A program made the position numbers and the translations under genes. The notes under the pieces were generated by a model. The model worked only from the letters and a program-made list of their open reading frames with translations. It ran no database searches and was not told the origin of the DNA. Below are positions 1 to 12,495 of a stretch of DNA of 64,000 bases, piece by piece. The stretch lies in the NCBI RefSeq assembly GCF_006345805.1, contig NC_043003.1, positions 99,138,001 to 99,202,000 on the forward strand, in the 5' to 3' direction. How positions within the stretch are numbered: position 1 is the stretch's first letter; each line of letters opens with the position of its first letter. The DNA is from Octopus sinensis. Taxonomy: Eukaryota.

Positions 1-564
1 TGAACAACTTCCAGGTGATTATCAAATTGTTAACCGCGCTCACAAATGACCTCATGGTGAACACGTACGTCGTCTTAATGAGCCCACATCTAATGAAGTA
101 GCCATCCTTAATGCAGGTGATCCCTATAAAAATCGTGATATTCTCTTTTCAAGATCTGAGAATGGTTAATGATAAACTATGTTAAACTTATCATGAATCA
201 TGTCACAGACAAGGACTGTTAGAAAATTATTCAAATTCTCGCATACAGCTGAGGAATTTATTTGCAATAATGCTTCACACATGTGACCTGTCCAATCCCA
301 AATAACTATAGGAGAATCACAAGCATGAACTAAGTGAGGATGTTCTCAATCGTGATCAAAGGGAAAAAAACCAATCCTTGACCTTCAATTAAATGACAAT
401 AAGACTTTGATACTGCTTGAGAATAAACTCCATCATTTGGGAGGGAAAGATTTAAATGAGTATGGATTGCCATCTACCAACAGACAAAAACAAAATTGGT
501 GCCATGATATTGTTCGAGAAACTTCCTACAATTTAGATGCTCTGGCACAGTTTGTCAAAGAAAA

Positions 565-3138
565 ATGAGCCTAAGCTTCAACAATTGCAAGGGCGTGAAT
601 ATAATACAACCATTGATGCAGTCAAACATGAAAGAGGTGGGGTTCTTTTTGGATGCTCCTGGTTGTACAGAAAAGACATTCCTAATGAATTTACTTCTTG
701 CTACAGTCCGCCAGCAGAATCAAATTTCTTTAGCTGTTGCATCTTCTAGTATTGCAGCTACCCTCCCCAATGGGGGAAGAAGTGCTCATTCCATGTTCAA
801 TCTCCCTCAAAGCCTTGCAATGAAAGATTCTCAAATGTGCAACATTTCCAACAACTCTGCAATGGCAACAGTTTTCCAACAAACTTGCCTGGTTGTTTGG
901 GATGAGTGCACTATGTCACATCGTAGAGCTCTAGAGAGAATTGACCATACTCTCCAAGACATAAAATCAATAGCACGCTCATGGGAGGAGTAACAGTTCT
1001 TACAGGAGCCTTTCGTCAAACGTTTCCAGTTATATCCCCAAAGGATCAAACGCTGATGAGATCAATGCATGCTTTAAAACGTCGTGCTTTGGAGTCCTGT
1101 GAAAAAACTTCATCTTACAAATAACATGAAAGTATCTCTACAAGATGACCATACAGCTGGTGAATTCTCAGAGGAGCTTCTTAAGATTGGTAATGGAATA
1201 TTAACATTCAATGCAAGACTTCAGCAACAGGAAATTACATGCGGTCAAATGGTACTTTCTCTTATGGATCTTATGGATAGTCTTTCCCAATTTATCTGTC
1301 AATTACACTAACGTAAACTGGTTATGTGAAAGAGCAATATTGACTCCAACTCATGAAATAGTTGATAAACTCAATCATGAACGTCTTCAAAAGTTAACTG
1401 ATACATCAGAAATGACTGTTCGATCAAATGATACAACAGTTGATCAAGATCAGGCTTTTCAATGCCCTGTTGAATTTCCCGCCATTTTTTTTTTAAAGGT
1501 TTAATAATAAAAAAATAAGAACTAATTAATCAATAATGTATTCGCTCTTGTTGTTTACAACTTCTTCCCAACGTTAAACAAGATTTGCAATACCTCGTTG
1601 GTAGAAATCACCCGATTTCGACTCGAAAAATTGATCCAACCAAGCTCACAATTCCACATCAGTACTGAACGAAACTCCGCGCATAGCATTTGAAGGAGAT
1701 CGAAAAAGGTGGAAATTTGTTGGTGCCAAATCAACAAAGTACGGTGGGTGTAGCAGCACTTCACAGCCATGCGTTTGAATGGCTTCCTTGGTCATATTGG
1801 CAATATGAGGGTGGGCGTTGTAGTGCAGCAGAAGAACTCCATGCTGATGATTAGGTCTTTTCTCTTGAATAGCCGTGGTGAGTCGTTCCATCTGTTGAAC
1901 ACAGAGTTCCGGGTTGACCGTTTGGTTCCGTTCAAGCAATTCGTAATGGATAATCCCTTCCCAGTCCCACTATACGCTAAACATCGCTTTACGCGGATGA
2001 AGGTCTTGTTTCACGTGCGGTGTCGCTTGTTTACTGGGGATAAACCATTCCTTAAGCTGCTTCATATTGATGTACAGACACCAGTGACGATTCGGTAAAA
2101 AAATCGTTGCTTGTGTCCATGAGTTGAGCGGTGACAAGCAAGCAAACCAGCAGAGCTTGTGGCTCGTTGATTTTTGTTGTCACTTAAAGCATGCGGAATC
2201 CATGCGCCATACTTCTGAATCTTTCCCATCGAGTGAAGATGCTTCTCTATAGCAGTGCGGGAGCATTCCATTTTCTCTGCCAGTTCCCTTGTCGTTTGAC
2301 GAGAATTTTCGTGCAAAATTTGGTTTAATCGCTCTTCATCGAACTCAGCTGGATGGCCAGAACGAGGTTCGTCTTTGAGGTCAAAATATCCATTTTTGAA
2401 CTTGGAATCACGAGCGGTTCATTCAGCTCTGACACTCTCTCCATACACAGCACAAATGTCGCGAGCAGTTTTTGCGGCCTTAGAACCTTGCTTAAAAGCA
2501 AAAGGAGGGAGGTGTCAAAAATGCTCGTTTTTCTTAACTTGACATTTCATTCTAATGATCTGAAAATACATAAAAATTAACTAAAATTAACTAGAAAAAA
2601 ACAAACAAAATAGATTCAAAAATGATTCAAAAATAGAATTCTCGAAAACAATAGATTCCAAATTTTAAAAACGCAATAAATTCCAAATTTAAAAAAAAAC
2701 GGTGGGAACTTAGTTGCCAACCCAATACTCAAATCCACTGGGATGCCACCGCGTAACTTGACACCAAAGCTAGGTGCTCCCATTATGTTGCTTAGGAATT
2801 TTGACCCACATCACCTGTGTAATGGAACTCGTTTAACTGTTACTTCCATGAAGGCCCATGTCCTAGAGGCAGCAATCATAACAGGTAGTCACAAAGAAGA
2901 AAATGTTTTTATTCCAAAAATTCCTCTCATACCTACAGATGTTCCGTTTGAATTTAAGAGTTTTCAGTTTCCAGTCAAACTAAGTTTTGCTATTTCAATC
3001 AACAAATCTCAGGGTCAATCCCTCAAGGTAGTTGGACTTGATCCCTCTACTACATGCTTCTCCCACGAGTTGGAAGCAGCAGCAATTTATTCATTTGGAT
3101 ACCAACAAAAATTACACAATGACTATTGTTTACCCTGA
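565..3138 (+). pseudogene. Helitron PIF1-like helicase pseudogene, split by frameshifts and a mariner insertion
   Basis: ORFs 565-993, 1084-1311, 1211-1504 and 2743-3138 are consecutive pieces of one helicase. Confidence 0.88.
1476..2725 (-). mobile_element. Mariner transposon (decayed transposase) nested in the Helitron
   Basis: Fragments read QTTRELAEKM (HTH), WIPHALS, RIVTG, LLLHYNAHPH and HPPYFVDLAPTNFHLF. The right TIR ggtgggaacttagttgccaacccaa is followed by TA; the left TIR survives only as ttcccgccattttt. Confidence 0.9.
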
Positions 3139-4009
3139 GGTGCTTCAAGATTGATAGATTTTCAGTTCTAAATTCGATTAGCAATACAATTTGGATTTTT
3201 TAAAACAAAATATAGATATTTTTTAATAATTATGGGGAATAAAACATACCTTCAGAGTTATTGTTTACAAATCTGAATAAGAACAGCAGTAACCCGGGCA
3301 ACGCCGGGTCTTTCAGCTAGTACTATATAAAAGTTCTTGACAAAAATTGACAAATGGGGACGGAAGCATTGCTCAGAAAATGCTCAGTACTAAAATAATG
3401 TGAAAACATTAACAACAAGCCATAAGCAAAATTAAACATGATACAATGGCTGATTTATTGCAGTTATGACCAGAATTTTGAGTCCTGAGTTCTCGGGTTG
3501 CAGACTTATTCCGCCATCTGGTTTGACAGGGTCACTTAGCCTCTGGATGCCTTTAAGCCTCTTAATGTCTTTTCAGTTGTATGAACATATATCGTGCGAA
3601 GCGGTGTAAAATAAACATATTGTCTAAAGTCATGATTAATATGTTTGAGTGGATTCGGACATGAAAAGATCTTTTGCTGCAGGAATAGACCAGAGCGAAA
3701 ATTTTCCACTTTGAATTGTGTAAAAAACGCTTATTATTTGGGTTTCTGGGTGACGTCATTGAATCGTAGGGTACATTCGTTTCTGCATCTTCTGCTTCGT
3801 CAGATATGAAAACCAACACATCACTCTCCCGGGGATATTCCTGACTATGTGTGTGTGTGTGTGTGTGTGTGTGTCAGACAGACAAGCAGAGAGAAAGTGC
3901 ATGTTAAATTAATCGCAGAATACAAATTCAAAATTTAGAAAGAGAGGGAAAATGATAGTGATACTGTCATCTATGCTGCTGCTGCGCTGCTGCTGCTGCT
4001 GCAGCTCTT

Positions 4010-4021
4010 GAAGTTGATAAC

Positions 4022-4053
<32 letters not shown>

Positions 4054-4364
4054 CGACGATGATGATGATAATGATGATAATGATGATAATGATGATGACG
4101 ACGACGACAACGACGCTGATGATAGTTGTCGTGGTGGTAGTGATGGTGGGGGGGAGGTGATGACGACGACAATATCAACGACGATGATGAGGAAAATAAT
4201 AAAAATAATCAATTAGCATACCTACAATAGCTACCCTGCTAACCCAAAGATCTTAGATAAAATACCGCGCCTGCCAACAACACTGATAGCAATGAAGGGG
4301 TTACCCTCGGTAACAGAAACAATTAAATGATATCAGACTTTCCACTACTACTACTACTACTACG

Positions 4365-4425
<61 letters not shown>

Positions 4426-4588
4426 TAATAATAATAATAATAATAATAATACTATAACCACAAACACTACCCATATCAACATCAACATCACCGAGCCACC
4501 GAGGAAGCCCTTCTAAAGCAATATTTCATCAGCGCCCCCTGGTAAATTCGGTCAGAACTGAAAAACTTTAAATTTTCCTTCTTCTCCC

Positions 4589-4659
<71 letters not shown>

Positions 4660-4709
4660 CATCATCATCATCATCATCATCGTCGTCGTCGTCATTACTA
4701 CTACAACTA

Positions 4710-4750
<41 letters not shown>
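4010..4750. repeat. Trinucleotide microsatellite cluster (GAT/CTA/TAA/CTT/CTG)
   Basis: Runs are directly visible. Confidence 0.95.
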
Positions 4751-4753
<3 letters not shown>

Positions 4754-4754
4754 A

Positions 4755-4930
4755 AGGCAACAAGCTGGCAGAATCGTTTGTACGCTGAGCTCAAATTCCA
4801 CCGAGGCCTGACGTTACCTCTCATCCTTTCAGGGCCGATGAAGTCAGTACAAGTTAACCTCTGACTTCAAGGTAATCGACTTACCTCAACTCACCTGAAA
4901 TTGCTGGCCTTGTACCAAAATTTGAAACTA
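4755..4930 (+). mobile_element. SINE family B, degenerate copy
   Basis: gctggcagaatcgtt...gagctcaaattccaccgagg...ctctcatcctttcagggccgatga resembles the 8198-8430 copy. Confidence 0.75.
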
Positions 4931-5089
4931 GAATTTATTATGCATTTAATATAATAACTAACAAAAATAAATTGTACAAAAGGATATAAAACTATTTGAT
5001 TTGCTAATTAGTTTCAGTATGTGATAATCCTATTCATTTTCACATTCTGCTCCTTATTATTTAGCAGTACTCTCCGTACCCTTCGGTTT

Positions 5090-5550
5090 ACTCTTTACTC
5101 TTTTACTCTTTTACTTGTTTCAGTCATTTGACTGCGACCATGCTGGAGCACCGCCTTTAGTAGAGCAAATCGACCCCGGGACTTATTCTTTGTAAGCCCA
5201 GTACTTATTCTATCGGTCTCTTTTGCCGAACCGGGGACGTAAACACACCAGCATCGGTTGTCAAGCAATGCTAAGGAGACAAACACAGACACACAAACAT
5301 AAACGCACACACAGACACATACACACACACACATATATATATATAATATATATATATTATATATATATATATTATATATATATATATACAAATATACGAC
5401 GGGCTTCTTTCAGTTTCCGTCTACCAAATCCACTCACAAGGCTTTGGTCGGCCCGAGGCTATAGTAGAAGACACCCGCCCAAGGTGCCACGCAGTGAGAC
5501 TGAACCCGGAACCACGTGGGTGGTAAGCAAGCTACTTACCACACAGCCTA
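5090..5550 (-). mobile_element. tRNA-derived SINE family A (internal TA/TG microsatellite, CR1-like tail)
   Basis: Near-identical to the copies at 12010, 23985, 24660, 34100, 46890, 52490 and 61640; A/B-box head and (AAGAGT)-type tail. Confidence 0.9.
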
Positions 5551-5809
5551 CTAATTATTACTAATCAGTTTCACTTTTCATCAAAAGGTCAACAATGACG
5601 ATCAGGTCACGTTCAACTGAATACAAGGGAAATGCTGTTAGGTATTTCTTCATCAACATTTTTTTTTTTGATCCAGGTAAAGATTTGAATTTTGATGCTA
5701 CAGTGAAATATGCCGCCACTTGTTCTTAAAGCTGAGCTTCAACACTCCGTCAGTATATTTATATTTCTGATTCTTCAGCATTGTCAGCATTTTCACCGCA
5801 GCTGCGCAT

Positions 5810-5859
5810 CAACTACTAATACCACCACCACCACTAGTAGTAGTAGTAGTAGTAGTAGT

Positions 5860-5918
<59 letters not shown>

Positions 5919-6255
5919 TAGTAGTAGTAGTAGTAGTGGTGGTGGTGGTGGTGGTGGTGGTAGTGTTTGTGGTAGTGGTGGTAGTGGTGGTGGTGGTGGT
6001 GGTGGTGGTGGTGGTGGTGGTGGTAGTTGTGGTGCTGGTGGTGGTGGTAGTGGTGGTGGTGGTGATGGTAGTGATGTAATGATGGTGGTGGTAGTGTTGT
6101 TGTTGGTGGTGGTAGTGGTGGTGGTGGTGGTGGTGTGGTGGTGGTGATGGTAGTGATGGTAGCGGTGGTGGTGGTAGTGTTGTTGTTGGTGGTGGTAGTG
6201 GTGGTAGTGGTGGTGGTGGTGGTGGTGGTGGTGGTAGTGGTGGTGGTGGTGGTGC
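5810..6255. repeat. Compound AGT/AGC/GGT microsatellite
   Basis: Runs are directly visible. Confidence 0.95.
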
Positions 6256-6681
6256 TTTCGGTGGGGCTTGATGCGCTGTAGGGATAAACATTCTGCTGTT
6301 GCAGGATTGTCCTCTATTATTTGGGTGTTAGAATTAGTCTGTCGCCTAATCTAATACTACCAACAAATCGGTTTAAATCCTTATATAGAATCTTCATATA
6401 TTCAAATATATTCAACCTGTTCAGAAAAGACCTAGCTTAACGCTCTCCAAATGATATCAGTAAGCCTAACCGTCATTTTTGTGCATTTGTTTCTCTTTAT
6501 GCGCAAAAAATATTTTTTTTAAAGCTAGGAAGCTGATATTTCCTCCGTTGCAAGTTTCGTTCGAATAGAACAAGCTTTGAAAGGAATTCAGCTCTAACAA
6601 CTCAGTTTGTTGTATCAAATTCACTATAATAATTCCCTTTATAATAGTAAATTTTGTTGTTCAAGCAGGAATCTCTTCTCT

Positions 6682-6916
6682 ATAACTTAATCTGGTATTA
6701 ATGACCTGTAGGGACACTGTATTTCATTTTGCAACTATAATATACTTTTTAGCATGTTATGGTTGTAAAACGAAATACGGTGTCCCTAAAAGTCATTAAT
6801 ATTTATATACCAGCTTACAGAAGTGTGTTTAATATGTAAAATTAGTATATCCAGTAATGTTACACCGCCATATCTAGTGGCTATTTAAGCAATGAATTCG
6901 TTGATGGTTAACCGGT
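6682..6916 (+). repeat. ~235-bp repeat, inverted copy at 11716-11948, with an internal long hairpin
   Basis: Reverse-complement match by eye; internal arms tagggacactgtatttc / gaaatacggtgtcccta. Confidence 0.9.
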
Positions 6917-7183
6917 TTTAAACTTCATGATTTTTTTTCGCATGACGATATGTTTTGTCGTCAAAGAAATTAATTTCGAATCTGTCTTAAAGAGTCTATA
7001 AAAGTAATTCAGACAAACGCTCTTTGACAAATCAACGAACCTAATACATGCGAAATTGTAAGCGGCTAATAGGTCTCCTTTTGTTTTCTTCCCACAAACT
7101 GTCTCAATGAATTTATCATTGGCAGGGAAACATTTCTGGCTCTGTTAAAGGCTTTGCAAATGACGTATATAATGAATGAGTGA

Positions 7184-7500
7184 GGGCGCGTGGCTTAGTG
7201 GTTAGGGCATTCGGCTCATGATCGTAAGGTTGTGAGTTCGATTCCCGGCGACGCGTTGTGTCCTTGAGCAAGACACTTTATTTCACGTTGCTCCAGTCCA
7301 CTCAGCTGGCAAAAATGAGTTGTACTTGTATTTCAAAGGGTCAGCCTTGTCACTCTCTGTGTCACGCTGATTATCCCCGAGAACTACGTTAAGGGTACAC
7401 GTGTCTGTGGAATGCTCAGCCATTTGCACGTTAATTTCACGAGCAAGCTGTTCCGTTGATCGTATCAGCTGGGACCCTCGTCGTCGTAACCGGCGGAGTC
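7184..7500 (+). mobile_element. tRNA-derived SINE family C (CORE-like domain)
   Basis: A box gtggcttagtggtt, B box gagttcgattccc, then gtgtccttgagcaagacacttta. Related copies near 13870-14110, 34751, 60135 and 61028. Confidence 0.85.
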
Positions 7501-7529
7501 TTTAAAATATAATGAATGATGTATCCGAC

Positions 7530-7545
7530 ATCGTCGTTGTCGTCG

Positions 7546-7577
<32 letters not shown>

Positions 7578-7800
7578 GCCGTCAATGCTAACGTCGTCGT
7601 CGTCGTCGTCGTCGTCATCATCATCATCACCATCATTATCCTCGTCATAATCGTTGTCGTCGTCCTCGCCATCGATATCATCATTATCATCATCGTCATG
7701 ACGATGATGATGTTTTTAGTGATGATGATGATGATGATGATGACAATAATGTCGATGTTGATATTCTTGGTGATGATGATAATCATCATCGTCATCATCA
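7530..7800. repeat. (CAT)n/(GAT)n microsatellite that switches orientation mid-array
   Basis: CAT runs up to ~7697, then GAT runs. Confidence 0.9.
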
Positions 7801-8197
7801 TGCAAACTCCTGGGTTACTTCCTACGCAGTTGATTGTTCTGTCCAAAACAACCAACAAAATTTCTATCAACTCTTTGACGTATTTCAAAATCAGGTCAAC
7901 GCAAGAATTTTGAAACTTTAGAAACAGCATGATATAAAACAAATACGGGATGGTAAGTTAATGCAACATATTTGGTGTAGAGAGGATTGAAATCATTATG
8001 TGGTGAGCAAGAAAACAATATAAGACAAAGACAAATGCTGTTTCAATTTATAATCCGGCAAGAAGTGGTGCTCTGGACACGTTCCGGTTTTATTACGACT
8101 CCATCAAGGAAACGCAGGCCAAACTGTATTTTTACCGGCCGGAATCTTTCCTAGATGCTGCACATACGCAGGCACATAAATATATACATACTTACAA

Positions 8198-8430
8198 GGG
8201 CGGCGAGCTGGCAGAAATGTTAGCACGCCGGGCGAAATGCTTATCAGTATTTCGTCTGTCGTTACATTCTGAGTTCAAATTCCGCCGAGGTCGACTTTGC
8301 CTTTCATCCTTTCGGGGTCGATAAATTAAGTACCAGTTTCGCACTGGGGTCGATGTAATCGACTTAGTCCCTTTGTCTGTCCTTGTTTGTCCCCATCTAT
8401 GTTTAGCCCCTTGTGGGTAGTAAAGAAATA
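8198..8430 (+). mobile_element. tRNA-derived SINE family B (Nin/Deu-like central domain)
   Basis: ggcggcgagctggcagaa head, gagttcaaattcc B box, gcctttcatcctttcggggtcgataaattaagtaccag core. Confidence 0.85.
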
Positions 8431-8447
8431 TATACATACTTACATAC

Positions 8448-9471
8448 TGTTACGAGGGGACCTCCGTCGAACGAAAGCTGTTACGGAATCCCTCACACAG
8501 GCCCGTTCGATGCAGCGAATGTTCGCCACGGAAACTCGGAGAGGGGAGAGAGACAACGACAACAACAGCAGCAGCAGCAGCAGCACAGAGGCAATCGAGA
8601 GAGACACAAAGAAGGCAATTGGCTCACATTTACAACTAGTTTATATGACTATTACAACATCAAATACATTTCAGATACATTTAAAAGAGGACATGCAAGT
8701 AACAACTCAATACATCATACAGGTATACCACATATCAAAGCATTTAAACATGCAGATACAATATAACAGTCCGGTAACAACACATCAAGTTCAATAACAA
8801 CAGCAATTCAAGAGTACACGTCCGGAGACAACAGTTCTGTTTCAAATCACATTAAAGGCGTATACAATGTTCATTACACAGTTCTCTCTTCAACAACTCT
8901 GTACACAATGTCTTTACACAGTTCACATTGTTCTTTTCACTGTCTCATTTCTTTTCAACATTTCGATACATCGATTCTTTTTCCTTCTTTTTCTTCACAA
9001 ATCAATACACAATTCACGTACCTTAATTCCTACTAGAATAGCCAGTGTCCCATATTGCACCTCATCTCTCTCAGTACTGCTAACTCCAACTTGCCAAACT
9101 CTTGCCCCGAATTCCAAATCCTCGCTCCTAAGTCCAACCGCTCGCTTTCACGACCAAATACCGACTGCCAAAACCTCTTGCTCTCTCACCACCCCCAATC
9201 TCCCCCAGTACTGCTAATATTCTCTCTATCGCCGCTTGGCCCTATCTGCCTGTCTTCATCGACGCTGTCACTGTCATTCTCTCACGACAGGCTCCTCAGA
9301 TTCCTTACTCTGTCTTCCTCGGCCCTCACATTTCTCTGACCCCATTCTCCTCTCTTAATCTACTGTCATCTCTCATTACAGCTCACAGATTCCTTACTCT
9401 GTCTTCCTCGGCCCCTTCTTGACCGGCAAAAGGCCAATGTCCTTCCAAAAGCCATTACTCTTCCGTAAACA
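8448..9471. mobile_element. Possible solo LTR
   Basis: Termini TGTTACG ... CGTAAACA (TG..CA inverted ends), ~1 kb non-coding, internal ~40-bp duplication (9287/9378). No TSD found. Confidence 0.4.
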
Positions 9472-9780
9472 AAGGACTATAATTTTGTACTGTAGACTTT
9501 CAGACTCCACTCCCAACAAAGTAGGTCAAGAAATACTGCACCATCCGAACCATTCACAACAATACGTATACACGTACGCACGTAAATATATTTGTGCGTG
9601 TGTGTATATGTGTATGTGTATGTGCGTATATATATATATATGTGTGTGTCTGCAATATATGTATATATATTATACATATATATATATGTATATATATCTA
9701 TATATATGTAATATATAATATATAATATATATATATATATATATATTATATATACATATATATATATACATATATATACA

Positions 9781-10370
9781 TATTTTATTAAATGTTGTAA
9801 GTATTACAACAGATTTAAGATGCTGAGTACTCATCAGCCAATTATAGAGGTTTTCCATTGATACAAAAATCTTTAAACCAAGTGACAACATTATAGAGAA
9901 GGTAGATATACAGACAAAGATGTGGATTTAAATTTTACCCCTCCTTTACCCCATTTCTACAATTAAAAAATCTTTATTGCTTCTAACCTTACAGCAGTCA
10001 GGAACAACCATATCTTAGTCAGTCAGTGGAAGGACTTCACTACTTCATATGTTCTTAAAATTTAAATCCACATCTTTGTCTGTATATCTACCTTCTCTAT
10101 AGTGTTGCCACTTAATTTGAAAATGTTTGCATTAATGGCAAACCTCTATAATTGGCTGATGAGTACTCAGCATCTTAAATCTGTTGTAATACTTACAACA
10201 TTTAATAAAATGATGTAGTACGAAACGATCGTACCAAATTACCGGAGTCATTCTTGTTGCTTATTTTCATTATAATCACCCCCACGGATTTTTATGGATA
10301 ACACCATACAAAATTCTGGTGCATCTAAATTAAGTACCATATTCATTTGAATCTAAATATTTGCTGAACT
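9781..10370 (+). mobile_element. Penelope-type terminal repeat fragment with an inverted partial copy (9781-9937 vs 10056-10211)
   Basis: ~155-bp inverted repeat, a hammerhead motif, and (TA)n flanks. Confidence 0.7.
10150..10240 (+). ncRNA. Minimal type-I hammerhead ribozyme
   Basis: aattgg-CTGATGA-gtact[extended stem]agtac-GAAA-cgatcg-TA-ccaa; palindromic helix III ACGATCGT; predicted GUA cleavage after 10233. Confidence 0.8.
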
Positions 10371-10399
10371 TATATATATATATACATATACATATATGA

Positions 10400-11450
10400 G
10401 TTTATCGAAACATTTTCTGATACAGTAACAATACTAGAGAACAAGTTTTGATACCAAAAAAATCTTTAAAGAAAAAAATTAATTAACAGAGACTTTCTTG
10501 AAGTGCCTTTCGCTTTCTGTTGTTTTTTTTTTCGGCTTTTCAAATTCATGTGTTATATGGTAATTTGTATAGAAGTGATTATTTAGTAACGAGATTTAGT
10601 ATTTCCGTTTAGTTTCAAATTGAGTTTCTTACGAAATTTTCGTTTTTTTTTTTCCTTAATTCTTTCATTTTGCTTTTCGTAATTGATCATTTCTTCCCTT
10701 ATTTTGAAAAATGAGTATATTTTGAATTTTCATTTGCACAAATGTTTAAATGTTCACTCCATGGAACATTTATAACAGATGGATTTTTGATTTGTTGCTT
10801 ATGCACCCTGACACGGTTCTTTAATTTTTATTCCCTTTCGACTGACCAAACTAATTCCTATTGCATTGTGCAGCTCTTACACATGCTAACAAAAGTTTTC
10901 ACATTTTGTTACCAACAAAATTTCGTCTTCCAATGCAAAATTCGCCTTTGTTAAGCGTCTTCGAAATATGGTTGTTGTCATCTACTGTTAATAACTGTTT
11001 TCATTTGATTAGATGATTGGTGTAGAATTAGAAGATATCGTTTGCCAAATATAAGCTAAGAATGTAAGTGACTCGAAATGAAATATTTTTGTTTGCGTCT
11101 TCCCACTCATTGTAAGAGTTCTGTCTGTATAGATTGGGATTTATTTGTCTTGGTGATGGCATTATTTACTAAGTTCTTAGGAAATTTTATCTCTGGAAGA
11201 GACATTATATTCACTATTTTGTTTGATATTCAGTTTATTTTTACTACCCAACAGTAGAAGTGTGTTTTTCATTTGTACCTATACAAAATGCATTGTTGTA
11301 TTCTTCAATTTGCTAACAAAGGAAATTCCTCATTGACGGCAAGCCCACCATTATTTTTTTACCTTTTACTTTTTTAATAATATTATACTCAATTAGTTCC
11401 CCTTATTATAAATCTAACACTCACTTTCGTCCGTTAGTGATTATGTATTA
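10400..11450 (-). pseudogene. Decayed Penelope-like element C-terminus (RT thumb plus GIY-YIG endonuclease remnant)
   Basis: The minus strand near 10740-10830 reads NRVRVHKQQIKNPSVINVPWSEHLN, which resembles PLE GIY-YIG domains; many stops and frameshifts. Confidence 0.6.
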
Positions 11451-11715
11451 TCTCTATATTTTTCTTTTTTTTTCGTATTATAGAGTGACTCCTTAAGTCC
11501 TTACTACATTGTGTTTTCAGTTTAAATTCTTGTTAATTAATTTCACATCATTTAACAAAAATAGCCATTTAAGTTACTTGCTTAGTTTATCTCAACAGAT
11601 TTGCTATAGAAATTATGGACGGCACTGATTTTGTTACAACGTTTCGTGTCCGAGGACGCCTAATATAAACAACATTGGGATCGAAGATGAACATATTTCA
11701 AAACCCGTTAACCAA

Positions 11716-11948
11716 CCGGTTAACCATCAACGAATTCATTGCTTAAATAGCCACTAGATATGGCGGTATAACATTACTGGATATACTAATTTTACATATT
11801 AAACACATTTCTGTAAGCTGGTATATAATATTAATGACTTTTAGGGATACCGTATTTCGTCTTACAACCATAACATGCTAAAAGGTATATTATAGTTGCA
11901 AAATGAAATACAGTGTCCCTACAGGTCATTAATACCAGATTAAGTTAT
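11716..11948 (-). repeat. Inverted copy of 6682-6916
   Basis: Reverse-complement match. Confidence 0.9.
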
Positions 11949-12009
11949 GTCCCCTTTGTAACTGTAATTATTTATCTTCTATAAAAAAAAATATGCAAAA
12001 AATCCAAAT

Positions 12010-12216
12010 GGCATGGCTGTGTGGTAAGGAGCTTGCTTCCCAACCACATGGTTCCGGGTTCAGTCCCACAACGTGGCACCTTGGTTAACTGTCTTCTTCT
12101 ATAGCCTTGGGCTGACCAAAGCCTTGTGAGTGGATTTGGTAGACGGAAACTGAAAGAAGCCTCTCGTGTATGTATATATGTGTATATATATATATATATG
12201 TGTATGTGTGTATATA

Positions 12217-12263
<47 letters not shown>

Positions 12264-12495
12264 ATTATATATATAATGTATGCATGTATATGTTTTGGTG
12301 TCCGTGTTTGTCCCCCCACCATCACTTGACCACCGATGTTGATGCGTTTACGTTCCCGCAACCTAGCGGTTCGGCAAAAAAAGCTGATAAAATAGCTACT
12401 ATGCTAACAAAGAATAAGTCCTGGCGTCGATTTCTTTGACTAAAAGGCGGTGCTCCAGCATAGCCGCAGTCAAGTGACTGGAACAAGTAAAAAAA
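12010..12495 (+). mobile_element. SINE family A
   Basis: Same head, body and tail as the 24660 copy. Confidence 0.9.

Larger units (their letters stand above)
1..3320 (+). mobile_element. Decayed Helitron (RepHel remnant with PIF1-family helicase) with intact 3' end
   Basis: Frameshifted PIF1 motifs: FFLDAPGCTEKTFL (Walker A remnant), SSSIAATL..GGRSAHSMF, VWDECTM, GAPIMLLRN..LCNGTRL, FAISINKSQGQSL. The 3' hairpin acccgggcaacgccgggt is followed by CTAG (3317-3320) and a T. Confidence 0.92.

Noticed and set aside
3562-3819. 85-aa ORF and a CTGACGA...GAAAC..GTA motif on the minus strand
   Set aside because: No recognisable protein domain or splice evidence, and helix I of the putative hammerhead does not pair.
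5223-5564. Recurrent ORFs containing RASFSFRLPNPLTRLWSARGYSRRHL
   Set aside because: They are antisense read-through of SINE family A, not a gene family.
7184-7255. tRNA-like sequences at SINE heads
   Set aside because: They continue into SINE bodies and lack a complete cloverleaf, so they are not called as tRNA genes.
8065-8110. Degenerate hammerhead-like halves (also ~12860-12890, 36918-36955, 50570-50600)
   Set aside because: Core nucleotides or helices are missing.
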